From an uncultured bacterium (GTDB lineage: Bacteria > Zixibacteria > MSB-5A5 > GN15 > FEB-12), in contig CBDVDR010000015.1 in assembly GCA_965372795.1 (NCBI GenBank), forward strand, positions 21,898 through 85,897: 64,000 bases of DNA. Reading direction: 5' to 3'. Positions 29,016 through 37,760 of this stretch are shown here, one piece after another. Both the position numbers and the translations under genes were made by a program. Below the pieces are notes generated by a model. It saw nothing but the letters and a program-made list of their open reading frames with translations. It did not search any database and had not been told where the DNA came from. How positions within the stretch are numbered: position 1 is the first letter of the stretch; each line of letters starts with the position of its first letter.

Positions 29016-30443
29016 ATGAAGAAGATTCTGTTAGTAGATGACGACAAAGATTTATCCTTATCTCTCGCTAATCTTTTCGATCCGGGAAAGTTTAGTTTTC
29101 AGTTCTTAGCTGATGGCAACACGGTTGAAGAGTATGTTAATGATAACGATGATCTCGATCTGGTGATGCTTGATGTTAATTTGCCGACCTTATCCGGATT
29201 AGAAGTTCTCCGTAAAATTAAAGAGAAAAAATCGAATCTCCCCGTAATAGTTATCTCCGGTTTTATCTCAACTGAAAATGCAATGGAAGCTATGCGCGAA
29301 GGTGCCTATGAGTACCTGACCAAGCCTTTTGATATCGAACGATTAGTTGATACTGTGAACAAAGCCTGTTCTTTTTCTGGAGCAGCTAAAAGCCCGTTCA
29401 TACCCTCTAAAGAAGAATCAACTGACGGATTAAATGAAATTATTGGCAAATCGCCTGAAATCGTTGAAATAGCCAAACTGATTGGACAGGTTGCCAAAAC
29501 TGATGCCGCCGTTTTAATCTTTGGCGAATCCGGAACCGGTAAAGAATTGGTCGCCCGGGCAATTCACCGCAATTCCAAAAGAAATTCAAATGCATTCCTT
29601 TCGGTGAACTGTGCCGCCTTGCATGAAACCTTGTTAGAGTCAGAACTTTTCGGTCATGAAAAAGGTGCCTTCACCGGTGCCTATTTTAAACGTATTGGTA
29701 AATTTGAACAGGCTGATTCGGGAAGTCTATTCCTTGATGAAATCGGCGATATGTCGATGCTGACCCAATCCAAACTATTGCGCGTTCTCCAGGAGAAAAA
29801 GTTTGAACGGGTTGGCGGGAACGAATCGATAAATGCTGATGTCAGACTGATTGCAGCCACCAATAAATCGCTGGTTCAACTTATGAAAGAAGGTTCTTTC
29901 AGAGTTGATCTGTTCTATCGGTTAAAAGTTTTCTCAATCTATATACCTCCATTGAGAGAACGACGCGGTGATATTCCCCAGTTGGTTGAACATTTTTGTG
30001 ACAAGTTTTCCCAGCAATTGGGTGAACCGGTCAAAAGAGTTTCCAAAAAAGCTATTCAGGCGATGATCAAATATCAGTGGCCCGGAAATGTTAGGGAACT
30101 TGAAAACAATGTCCATACCGCTTTGGTCATGTCAAAAGGTGAAAAACTCGAAGTTGAAGATTTCCCGGCTTTTAGTGAAGAAAAAGACAAACCGGAAATT
30201 ACCGTTAGTGAACTCAAAGATGATTACACTGAAAATTTCCTCAAATTTGTCGAACCGATTATGCCAAAACTAATTGCTTCATACCCCGGACAAATCTATC
30301 AATTGCTCGAATCATCCTTTGAAAGAGCTGTGATTTCGACCTGTCTGAAACAGTTCAATGGCAATCAGGTGAAAACATCAGAGACCCTCGGTATCTCAAG
30401 AAATACTCTCAGAGACCGAATCTCTCGCTACGAAATCTACTAA
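29016..30443 (+). CDS. Sigma54-dependent response regulator (NtrC family)
   Basis: Receiver (LVDDD, MLDVNLP, TKPF), AAA+ GESGTGKE, ESELFGHEKGAFTGA, WPGNVREL, Fis HTH GNQ...LGISRNTL. Confidence 0.97.
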   Translation: MKKILLVDDDKDLSLSLANLFDPGKFSFQFLADGNTVEEYVNDNDDLDLVMLDVNLPTLSGLEVLRKIKEKKSNLPVIVISGFISTENAMEAMREGAYEYLTKPFDIERLVDTVNKACSFSGAAKSPFIPSKEESTDGLNEIIGKSPEIVEIAKLIGQVAKTDAAVLIFGESGTGKELVARAIHRNSKRNSNAFLSVNCAALHETLLESELFGHEKGAFTGAYFKRIGKFEQADSGSLFLDEIGDMSMLTQSKLLRVLQEKKFERVGGNESINADVRLIAATNKSLVQLMKEGSFRVDLFYRLKVFSIYIPPLRERRGDIPQLVEHFCDKFSQQLGEPVKRVSKKAIQAMIKYQWPGNVRELENNVHTALVMSKGEKLEVEDFPAFSEEKDKPEITVSELKDDYTENFLKFVEPIMPKLIASYPGQIYQLLESSFERAVISTCLKQFNGNQVKTSETLGISRNTLRDRISRYEIY

Positions 30444-30527
30444 CCAACGCAGTTGGTTATATCCGTCCGGAATTTATTTCTAATCTATCAAATTTGATAG
30501 AAACATGCTCCCCCCAGATCAGTCCAA

Positions 30528-30554
30528 GTAGGGCAGGATCCCTGTGATCCTGCC
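30528..30554 (+). repeat. GTAG-type REP-like hairpin
   Basis: GTAG-GGCAGGATC-CCTGT-GATCCTGCC, perfect 9-bp stem after GTAG. Confidence 0.7.
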
Positions 30555-30779
30555 AATTTTTTATGTTCTGTTGGGTCCTGATTTGCCGAAGGTTCGCCAT
30601 GGCGAATGACCCGACAGGCTCCCCCAGTTCAGAAATGAAAGGTCTGTGTATTAGAATTATTACATATCTCTCATAAAATCCAATTTTCCAAATTTAAATA
30701 AACAGGCTACGCCTGTCACATATTTCAAAAAAAACTTTAAGCCTGTTTCTTTTTGAAACAGTTTGCATATATTTACCAC

Positions 30780-31895
30780 ATGAGATTCTGCCACTTTTCA
30801 GACAGCCATCTTGGTGCCGGAGCCAACCACCCCAAACGGGGCAAAACCGGTCTGACTCTGCGTCAGGAAGATATCATCAATGCCTTTATCGAATCGATTG
30901 ATAAAATAATCGCCCTGAAACCGGATTTCTGTATTTACTCCGGCGACCTGTTTGATAATGTCCGTCCTATTAACCGGATTATTGCCATCGCAGGCGAGCA
31001 TTTTCACCGTCTGGCGGAGGTAAATAAAATCCCCACTATATTGATTGCCGGCAACCACGATGCCCCCAAACAGCCACATATAGGCGCTGCTGTGGAAATC
31101 TACAAGCAGATCGACAACCTTTATGTTGCGTGTGATTCAACCCTTGAAATCATCACTATCGGCGATGCGAAAATCTTTGCCTTACCGCATTGTCTGACGA
31201 CTGATATTCAGAAAACCGAACTTAAAAAACTGATCCCTGATACCAACTCAAAATACAATTTGCTGACGATGCATGGTGTCGCATCGGGGATGCCCGAATT
31301 TGCGATGGCGGAACTGGGCGAACAGGAAATTCCGGTCGAGCTGATGGACAAATTTGACTATACCGCTCTGGGACATTTTCATAACTATTGTCAGGTCGGT
31401 AAACGAACCTGGTATAGCGGATCGACCGAACGAACTTCGCAGTCGGAACGGGATTCTGCTAAAGGATTTCTTGAGATTGAGATGGAACCTTTCAAACTGA
31501 AATTTCATGAAGTTAAAACCCGTGAGATGGTTGATGTCCAGATGATCAACGCCGCCGGTAAGCGCGGGGATGAGTTGGCGATTATTATCAAGGAGAAAAT
31601 CAAACAGATTGATAGTTCGGATAAAATTGTCCGGTTGAAAATTAAAGAAGTTTCTGAGGAAACCCTTAAGACTTTACCGGTTGGGGTGATTAACGAGTTG
31701 AAACAAAAATCATTTGCCTTGGATATTGGTTTTGAGAAAGTCAAAAACGACGACACGCCTCAATCTTTCGGACGGTCATCGATTGGTAGGATTGATGAAG
31801 GTTTTTTAGAGTTTCTTGAAACGGTTGATTTGAAAGGTTTTGATCGTGCCCGCCTCAAAAAAGAAGCCATCAAATACCTCAGCGTAGAGGGGTAG
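30780..31895 (+). CDS. sbcD: SbcD/Mre11-family DNA repair nuclease
   Basis: HFSDSHLG, SGDLFD, AGNHD, MHG, ALGHFH, YSGSTER motifs. Confidence 0.9.
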   Translation: MRFCHFSDSHLGAGANHPKRGKTGLTLRQEDIINAFIESIDKIIALKPDFCIYSGDLFDNVRPINRIIAIAGEHFHRLAEVNKIPTILIAGNHDAPKQPHIGAAVEIYKQIDNLYVACDSTLEIITIGDAKIFALPHCLTTDIQKTELKKLIPDTNSKYNLLTMHGVASGMPEFAMAELGEQEIPVELMDKFDYTALGHFHNYCQVGKRTWYSGSTERTSQSERDSAKGFLEIEMEPFKLKFHEVKTREMVDVQMINAAGKRGDELAIIIKEKIKQIDSSDKIVRLKIKEVSEETLKTLPVGVINELKQKSFALDIGFEKVKNDDTPQSFGRSSIGRIDEGFLEFLETVDLKGFDRARLKKEAIKYLSVEG

Positions 31896-32014
31896 TGGGA
31901 ATAAACCGTGGGGGCTTTAAAATGAATATTTATATTATAGCAGAGTATTGTATTTAAATATAAGTTTGGTTTCAAATATCTTCCAAAATATTAATAATGG
32001 GGGAATGATAAACA

Positions 32015-32890
32015 ATGATTTTAGGAATTTTCAATAATAGAGAAATTGCTATAATTATATGGGCAATTATCGTTCTGATATATCTGTTTCAAAAAAAGGA
32101 ATTAAAAAGAAGTTTGAATGATTTCTTGCGAACTTTTTTTGTTATCAAAATACAAATTCCACTAATAATTATGTGTGTTTATGCAATAACGATTGTCTTT
32201 TTCTTGCATGATCTTAAATTTTGGGATCAGACCATGTTAAAAGATACAATAGTATGGTTTATTTTTTCAGGATCTTATTTCATGTTTAAATTTGTTACTT
32301 CAAAAAAAAGTATCAACTCCTTCAAGCAAGCAATAACAGACAATTTAAAATTAGTGATTATTTTGGAATTAGTAATAAATGCATATACATTTAGTCTTTT
32401 TGGTGAATTGATTTTATTGCCTATTATCACTCTTTTTTCATTTATCATAACAATTAGTAAAATTAGAAAAATAGGTAGGATTGTTATTTTAACCCTAGAA
32501 TTTTTGCTATCAATTTTCGGTGTTATACTATTGTATTTGAGTGTTTCTGAAATAATAAGTGATGTGTATGGCTTTGTGAATCTTGAAACACTAAAAAGCT
32601 TGATATTGCCAATTATTTTAACAATAACATTTATACCATTTATTTATTTTCTAACAATATACTCCATGTATGAAAATATTTATGTACGTGTATTTGTTGG
32701 TGCTAAGTATGATAAAAGGAAAAGTAGAATAATTATATTTGAAATTTTTAAATTTTGTCTTTTAAGTTTTACAAAAATTGAATTTGTACAACAAATGAAT
32801 TATTATGAATTAAGTCACATTAAAACGAAAAATGATATTGTTACTATACTTGAAGAATATGAAGATAAAAAAGTCGCATTGAACGAGTAG
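32015..32890 (+). CDS. Hypothetical AT-rich polytopic membrane protein
   Basis: FNNREIA N-terminus, about 6-7 TM segments, ending YSMYENIYVR and a soluble tail. Confidence 0.8.
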   Translation: MILGIFNNREIAIIIWAIIVLIYLFQKKELKRSLNDFLRTFFVIKIQIPLIIMCVYAITIVFFLHDLKFWDQTMLKDTIVWFIFSGSYFMFKFVTSKKSINSFKQAITDNLKLVIILELVINAYTFSLFGELILLPIITLFSFIITISKIRKIGRIVILTLEFLLSIFGVILLYLSVSEIISDVYGFVNLETLKSLILPIILTITFIPFIYFLTIYSMYENIYVRVFVGAKYDKRKSRIIIFEIFKFCLLSFTKIEFVQQMNYYELSHIKTKNDIVTILEEYEDKKVALNE

Positions 32891-32912
32891 TCCGAAACCC
32901 TTGCGGTTTCGG
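32887..32912 (+). repeat. GTAG-type REP-like hairpin overlapping the upstream stop codon
   Basis: GTAG-T-CCGAAACC-CTTGC-GGTTTCGG. Confidence 0.65.
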
Positions 32913-33036
32913 CAATTAGGATTGTATCATTGACATGGACAATCTGGTAGGCTATATTCAACAAAATCGCAGAAAAGAATATTGTTTTTTTATATAAATT
33001 CAATTCTTACACTGAAGCAAATCGAAAGGGATTCTT

Positions 33037-33213
33037 ATGGCATTGGTGAATTGTCCAATATGTAAAACTGAAGTATCAAAGAAAGCTAACTCTTGTCCAA
33101 AATGCGGACATCCTTTCAAAAAAACACCTCAAGGGATGAGTGGTTGTGGTCTCTTCTTTGTTATAGTCAGCGCAATTGTAGTTGCTGCAATCCTAATTAG
33201 TCTGGGGTTATAA
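33037..33213 (+). CDS. Small zinc-ribbon protein with C-terminal TM helix (58 aa, not in ORF track)
   Basis: MALVNCPICKTEVSKKANSCPKCGHPF...GCGLFFVIVSAIVVAAILISLGL; GAAAGGGA RBS. Confidence 0.85.
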   Translation: MALVNCPICKTEVSKKANSCPKCGHPFKKTPQGMSGCGLFFVIVSAIVVAAILISLGL

Positions 33214-33218
33214 ATTAA

Positions 33219-33629
33219 ATGGATAGAAATTTCAAATATCTTTTAGATCCACTATTTCTTTTTTCTATAACACTATATTCAATAAATAAATCTTCGTTTT
33301 TTGTTCATGAATTTTGGAGTTACGAATTCAGCAATTTCTATCTCAATGATATTCTCCTAGTTCCAGTTCTTATCCCAATAATATTATTTTTTTCAAAGTT
33401 TTTAAAAATTAGAAATAATTATTCTCCACCAATGTTTTCAGAAATAATTATACCATTAGCTATTTGGTCTATAGCTTTTGAATTAGTCGGGCCTTTTTAT
33501 TTTGGCAAAGGAACATCCGATCTCTTAGATATTATTGCTTATTGTTTCGGTGGTTTAATAGGTTGGATAATATGGAATCGAGGTTATTTATTTATTCAAT
33601 TTAGAGGATATGTTGGTAAACCAATATAA
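33219..33629 (+). CDS. Hypothetical membrane protein
   Basis: 4 TM segments, YLNDILLVP and FE...P...GTSD.LDI.AY.FGG motifs. Confidence 0.75.
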   Translation: MDRNFKYLLDPLFLFSITLYSINKSSFFVHEFWSYEFSNFYLNDILLVPVLIPIILFFSKFLKIRNNYSPPMFSEIIIPLAIWSIAFELVGPFYFGKGTSDLLDIIAYCFGGLIGWIIWNRGYLFIQFRGYVGKPI

Positions 33630-33836
33630 TGTGAATATCATAAGACAATCCTCTCTTTCATTTTTCCCACCAATTCATTGATGATTACGAAATCGCACCC
33701 CTCTATAAAAGGAAGAACGGTAAGTTATGTCCAAAATTCTAACTACAAAATTAACAAATCAAACAAACTGGAAAATCACAAAAAGTGAGTTCAAAGTACC
33801 GTAACATTCGAGATATGCGCAAGTATACAAAAGTAA

Positions 33837-34131
33837 CAAAACGAACCCAAATCGTTGTACTATTAAACAACAATAAGAGTTACACCGAAAAACATGAAGA
33901 TAATAAAACACACAACGTGTGCGCCAGAGTAAAACACACGAAGTGTGCAAAACGAACCCATTTTGGTTGTACAATGAAACAACAAAAGGAGTTATGAAGA
34001 AATTTGATACTTTTTCGCATAAATCTATGTGAGCAAACTACGCCAGAGTAAAACACACGAAGTGAGGAAACGAACCCATTTTCATTGTACAATGAAACGA
34101 CAAAAGGAGTTATGAAGAAAAACATGAATAA
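33837..34131 (+). repeat. Three degenerate direct repeats (core about 80 bp, first copy partial; period 111-119 bp)
   Basis: ACGAACCC at 33841, 33952, 34070; copies 33922-34002 and 34041-34120 nearly identical. Confidence 0.85.
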
Positions 34132-34557
34132 TGTTAGGAAAATAATCAGACGATGAATTATAACCATACCAAGTATGTAAATATAAAAAAGAGTAGTTGT
34201 TAATATTGAGGGGATGCCAAAGTAAGCTAAACAACTACTCTTTTATACAAATGATGAATGTTCAAGGTGTATGATTTTTATGAAGTAAACCTTACCGTCC
34301 TTGATTAGGGAATACTCGAATTCAATATATGTTAAAACTCAATTAAAACAAGACAAAAATGGTGAAATAGGGAAATTAAGCGATAATGTTCACAAATTGG
34401 ACAATATTGGTGTTTATGGATTGATTGTGGCGGGCGACTGTCAATAATTGTCGGGGTATGCTCGCTGTTATGTATCTAAACCACAAGTGGTTCAGTCTGT
34501 CCTCTTTATTTTAAAGAGTGTTTGTATGGTAGCCTGCCTATGAGGGTGTCAAGAAAT

Positions 34558-34596
34558 GTCAGGAGCACTTACAACCGAGGGTAAGTTGCTCCTGAC
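34558..34596. repeat. REP-like hairpin
   Basis: GTCAGGAGCACTTAC-AACCGAGG-GTAAGTTGCTCCTGAC, one bulge. Confidence 0.7.
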
Positions 34597-34616
34597 TAAC
34601 TCAAGAATTTAATAAA

Positions 34617-34693
34617 GCAACGAAGTTGCTACGTAACAGTGTTGTCAAGAAACTATGTTGCTACGCAACCGTGTTGCCACGCAACGAAGTTGT
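34617..34693. repeat. Tandem array of five 16-bp mini-palindromes
   Basis: GCAACGAAGTTGCTAC / GTAACAGTGTTGTCAA / GAAACTATGTTGCTAC / GCAACCGTGTTGCCAC / GCAACGAAGTTGT. Confidence 0.8.
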
Positions 34694-36033
34694 TAATAAT
34701 CCATCAATGGAAGCAATTCCAAACCATGCAGCAGAACTATGAAAACTGCAATAGGAGTTACATATTTTAAAACCAAAATCAGTCCGTCATATAATCCGCC
34801 CTTGGAACCAAACTGATCGGTCCGAAGTTTATCTTTTACAACCCAGGCTATAAACAGGCAGGTCAGAAGTCCACCAAGTGGAAGCATATAGTTGGTGCTG
34901 ATGTAATCGAAGATGTCAAAGAAGTTCTGATTTTTTCCGCGGAAAGGAACCGTAAACTCGGCAAACGAACAAAGCAGACCGACACAATAAATCAGCCCAC
35001 CCATTAAGAGTGTAGCTTTGGGACGGCTCCATTTTTTTTCATCAACAAAATATGCCACGACAACTTCTAAAAGAGAAATCGCCGAGGTCAAAGCCGCAAA
35101 CGAGAGCAGAACAAAGAATGGCACCGAAATCCATTTCCCGGTTTCAGCAAAAAGCACCGGCAGAGTTTTAAAAATCAATCCGACTGATTGTCCCGGTTCC
35201 ATGCCGTAATGGAATACCAGTGAGAAAATCGCAATCCCCGCCATCAAGGCGATCAAGGTATCTAAAAATGAAATAATAATGGCACTTTTCATAAGGCTCT
35301 GATCAGAACGCATGTAACTTCCATAAGTAATCATGGCGCCCATCCCAATCGAGAGAGTGAAAAACGCATGTCCCATCGCCGAGAGAATCGCCTCGGCAGT
35401 TAGTTTTGAGAAATCAGGATTGAACAGGAAATCAACAGCCTGTGCTCCGCCATTAGTTGCAAACAGCCCGTATAACATTAATCCTAAAAGGATCGTAAAA
35501 AGCATCGGCATCAGAATTTTAGACCAGCGTTCGATTCCGCCTTTGACCCCGCCGATTACAATTCCGATAGTCAGGATCATAAAGATAGTATGCCATTTGA
35601 TAGTTTCTGCCGGACTAAGGACAAGTTCTAAAAAACCGCCTTGAATCTGTTCGGGGGTTCCGGTGAATCCGGCAATTGATTTGAAAATGTACGCCAGTGA
35701 CCATCCGGCAACAACCGAGTAGTAGGAGAGAATTACAAAACCGGAGGCAACCCCCATCCATCCGGCAATCTGCCAGGATGATTTTTCACGGTGTAGTTTT
35801 TTGAAAGCTCCAACAACATTTTTGTTGGAACCGCGCCCGATAATCAGCTCGGTGATCATCAGCGGTAATCCAATCAAAACCACGCACATTAGATAAACTA
35901 AAACAAAAGCACCACCGCCATAATCACCGGTGATATATGGGAATTTCCAGATATTACCCAGACCGATTGCAGAACCGGTTGCGGCTAAAATAAATCCTAA
36001 CTTGGTACCCCATCTTTCACGATTGTTGGCCAT
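34693..36033 (-). CDS. Sodium-dependent transporter, NSS (SNF) family
   Basis: RERWGTKLGFILAATGSAIGLGNIWKFPY..G..GGGAF, SYYSVV.GW, AFFTLSIG.G.MITYGSY; ATG 36033 after AGGAG. Confidence 0.96.
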   Translation of the reverse strand: MANNRERWGTKLGFILAATGSAIGLGNIWKFPYITGDYGGGAFVLVYLMCVVLIGLPLMITELIIGRGSNKNVVGAFKKLHREKSSWQIAGWMGVASGFVILSYYSVVAGWSLAYIFKSIAGFTGTPEQIQGGFLELVLSPAETIKWHTIFMILTIGIVIGGVKGGIERWSKILMPMLFTILLGLMLYGLFATNGGAQAVDFLFNPDFSKLTAEAILSAMGHAFFTLSIGMGAMITYGSYMRSDQSLMKSAIIISFLDTLIALMAGIAIFSLVFHYGMEPGQSVGLIFKTLPVLFAETGKWISVPFFVLLSFAALTSAISLLEVVVAYFVDEKKWSRPKATLLMGGLIYCVGLLCSFAEFTVPFRGKNQNFFDIFDYISTNYMLPLGGLLTCLFIAWVVKDKLRTDQFGSKGGLYDGLILVLKYVTPIAVFIVLLHGLELLPLMDY

Positions 36034-36305
36034 GCAGTTTGCTCCTGTATCATGTTTACTTATTAATAGACTTAAAGAACTAATCGACTTTGTCGGTGTC
36101 AATTATTTTTTAAAGAAGTATTTTGGCGGAATAATAAAATTTATTTCTAATTAAATGTTAAATGCAACAATGTCAGCTAATAGAAGTATAATCAATTAAT
36201 CCGGCAATACCGGTGAAATTAGCAATGATTTTAATTGACGGATGAGGGGGGTGTCGCTTTATTCCCCCTGAAACTAAGGAATAGTATATTATTGAAAGGG
36301 AAGTT

Positions 36306-36959
36306 ATGCGGAAAGTTTCTTTGATTGTTTTCACAATATTGATTTTAGCAGCTTCAAGTACTTATTCTGTCTCTGCTGTCGGTTCGGTTTTTGGAAATAT
36401 GACCACAGCCAAAACTCAGGGACAGGGCATCGGTTCGTTTGGATTGGTTGCCGGAATTGCCGACTATACCTCGGTTGCCGGAACCTTCAAATACGGACTG
36501 TCAAAATTTACTGATGGAACTTTGAAAATTGCTTTTGTCGACCCGGGAAAAGCTGACGATGATTTACATCTGGCTATTGGTGCGAGTTTCAATCATCAGT
36601 TTATGGTGATGGATGAGGTTACCAAAAGTACCTTTGAGATGGGATATGGCGGATTTTTTGAGTATCTCGATGTCGGACCATCATCTGTATTTCAAGTAGG
36701 CGGAAGACTGATCGGGTCATACCCGGTTGTAATGACAAATGGTAAGACTTTGACCCCTTATGGATCTTTTAATGCCCGGCTGGAGTCGATTAGTTTTGAT
36801 AATACTCCGATAGGTGTTGATAATTCTGATTCGAATATTGAATTCGGGTTTAATTTTGGAGTAGAATGGGAATTGTCTAATAATATAAAAATTATGGGTG
36901 AATTCCAATTAGATGGCAATGACGGACTATTTATCGGAGCGGACTTTGGCGTTTTATAG
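36306..36959 (+). CDS. Putative small outer-membrane beta-barrel protein
   Basis: Signal peptide, alternating strands (LTPYG, FGFNFGVEWEL, GLFIGADF). Confidence 0.7.
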   Translation: MRKVSLIVFTILILAASSTYSVSAVGSVFGNMTTAKTQGQGIGSFGLVAGIADYTSVAGTFKYGLSKFTDGTLKIAFVDPGKADDDLHLAIGASFNHQFMVMDEVTKSTFEMGYGGFFEYLDVGPSSVFQVGGRLIGSYPVVMTNGKTLTPYGSFNARLESISFDNTPIGVDNSDSNIEFGFNFGVEWELSNNIKIMGEFQLDGNDGLFIGADFGVL

Positions 36960-36986
36960 TAATTACTTTTGTATGTGGGAAAATTA

Positions 36987-37760
36987 GTGACCCTACTTGA
37001 TGCTGCAATTTTAGGAATTCTTCAGGGTTTAACAGAGTTTCTTCCGGTCTCTTCGTCCGGCCATCTGGTTTTAGCTCAGGCTTTATTAAATATAAAACAG
37101 CCAGGAATGACCTTTGAGGTATTAGCCCATGTCGGGTCACTTCTGGCTGTAATAATCTATTTCAGAGAAACAATCTCAATCCTCTTTAAATCGCTCTATA
37201 AAAAAGAATATTTTCATTACCGACCGATTCTGAGGTTTTTGTTTTTTGGTACTATCCCAATTGTAATTCTTGGACTATGGCTTAGAGAATTTCTGGTGGA
37301 AGCCTTTTCAAGTCCGGTTATTGCCGCCTCAATGCTGATAGTTACCGGTATGGTTCTGTTTTCGACCCGTTTTATTCCAAAACAAGATGGAAAACTAACA
37401 ATGAAACGGGCTGTTGCCATGGGAATAGGGCAAGCACAGGCATTAATGCCCGGACTTTCAAGGTCGGGAACGACGATTTCTATCGGAATGATGTGGGGGC
37501 TTGAACCATCAGAAGCCGCTGAATTTTCATTCTTGCTAGCTATTCCGGCAATGATTGGAGCTGTTATTCTTAATTATAATGAGCTTTTAAATTTAAATTC
37601 TGCTTTTAGCGGACAATTTATTGTCGGCACCCTTTGTTCCTTTTTGTTCTCTTTGATAGCGGTTTATTCGGTTTTACAAGTCGTTCGAAAAGGGAAATTT
37701 GAATATTTTGCATATTACTGCTTTGCAGCAGGGTCGGTTGGGTTGTATCTTTTCCTTTAA
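36987..37760 (+). CDS. uppP: Undecaprenyl-diphosphate phosphatase
   Basis: LGILQGLTEFLPVSSSGHL, PGLSRSGTTI, AAEFSFLLAIP. Confidence 0.97.
   Translation: MTLLDAAILGILQGLTEFLPVSSSGHLVLAQALLNIKQPGMTFEVLAHVGSLLAVIIYFRETISILFKSLYKKEYFHYRPILRFLFFGTIPIVILGLWLREFLVEAFSSPVIAASMLIVTGMVLFSTRFIPKQDGKLTMKRAVAMGIGQAQALMPGLSRSGTTISIGMMWGLEPSEAAEFSFLLAIPAMIGAVILNYNELLNLNSAFSGQFIVGTLCSFLFSLIAVYSVLQVVRKGKFEYFAYYCFAAGSVGLYLFL

Noticed and set aside
33837..34131. CRISPR array
   Set aside because: Repeats are about 80 bp, degenerate and only three copies; no cas genes in the window
33759..34167. ORFs 33759-33974(-), 33785-33997(+) and 33880-34167(-)
   Set aside because: They overlap the nucleotide repeats, have biased composition and show no recognisable motifs
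30441..34693. Integron cassette array (attC sites)
   Set aside because: Hairpins are too short and lack the RYYYAAC...GTTRRRY box architecture; no intI
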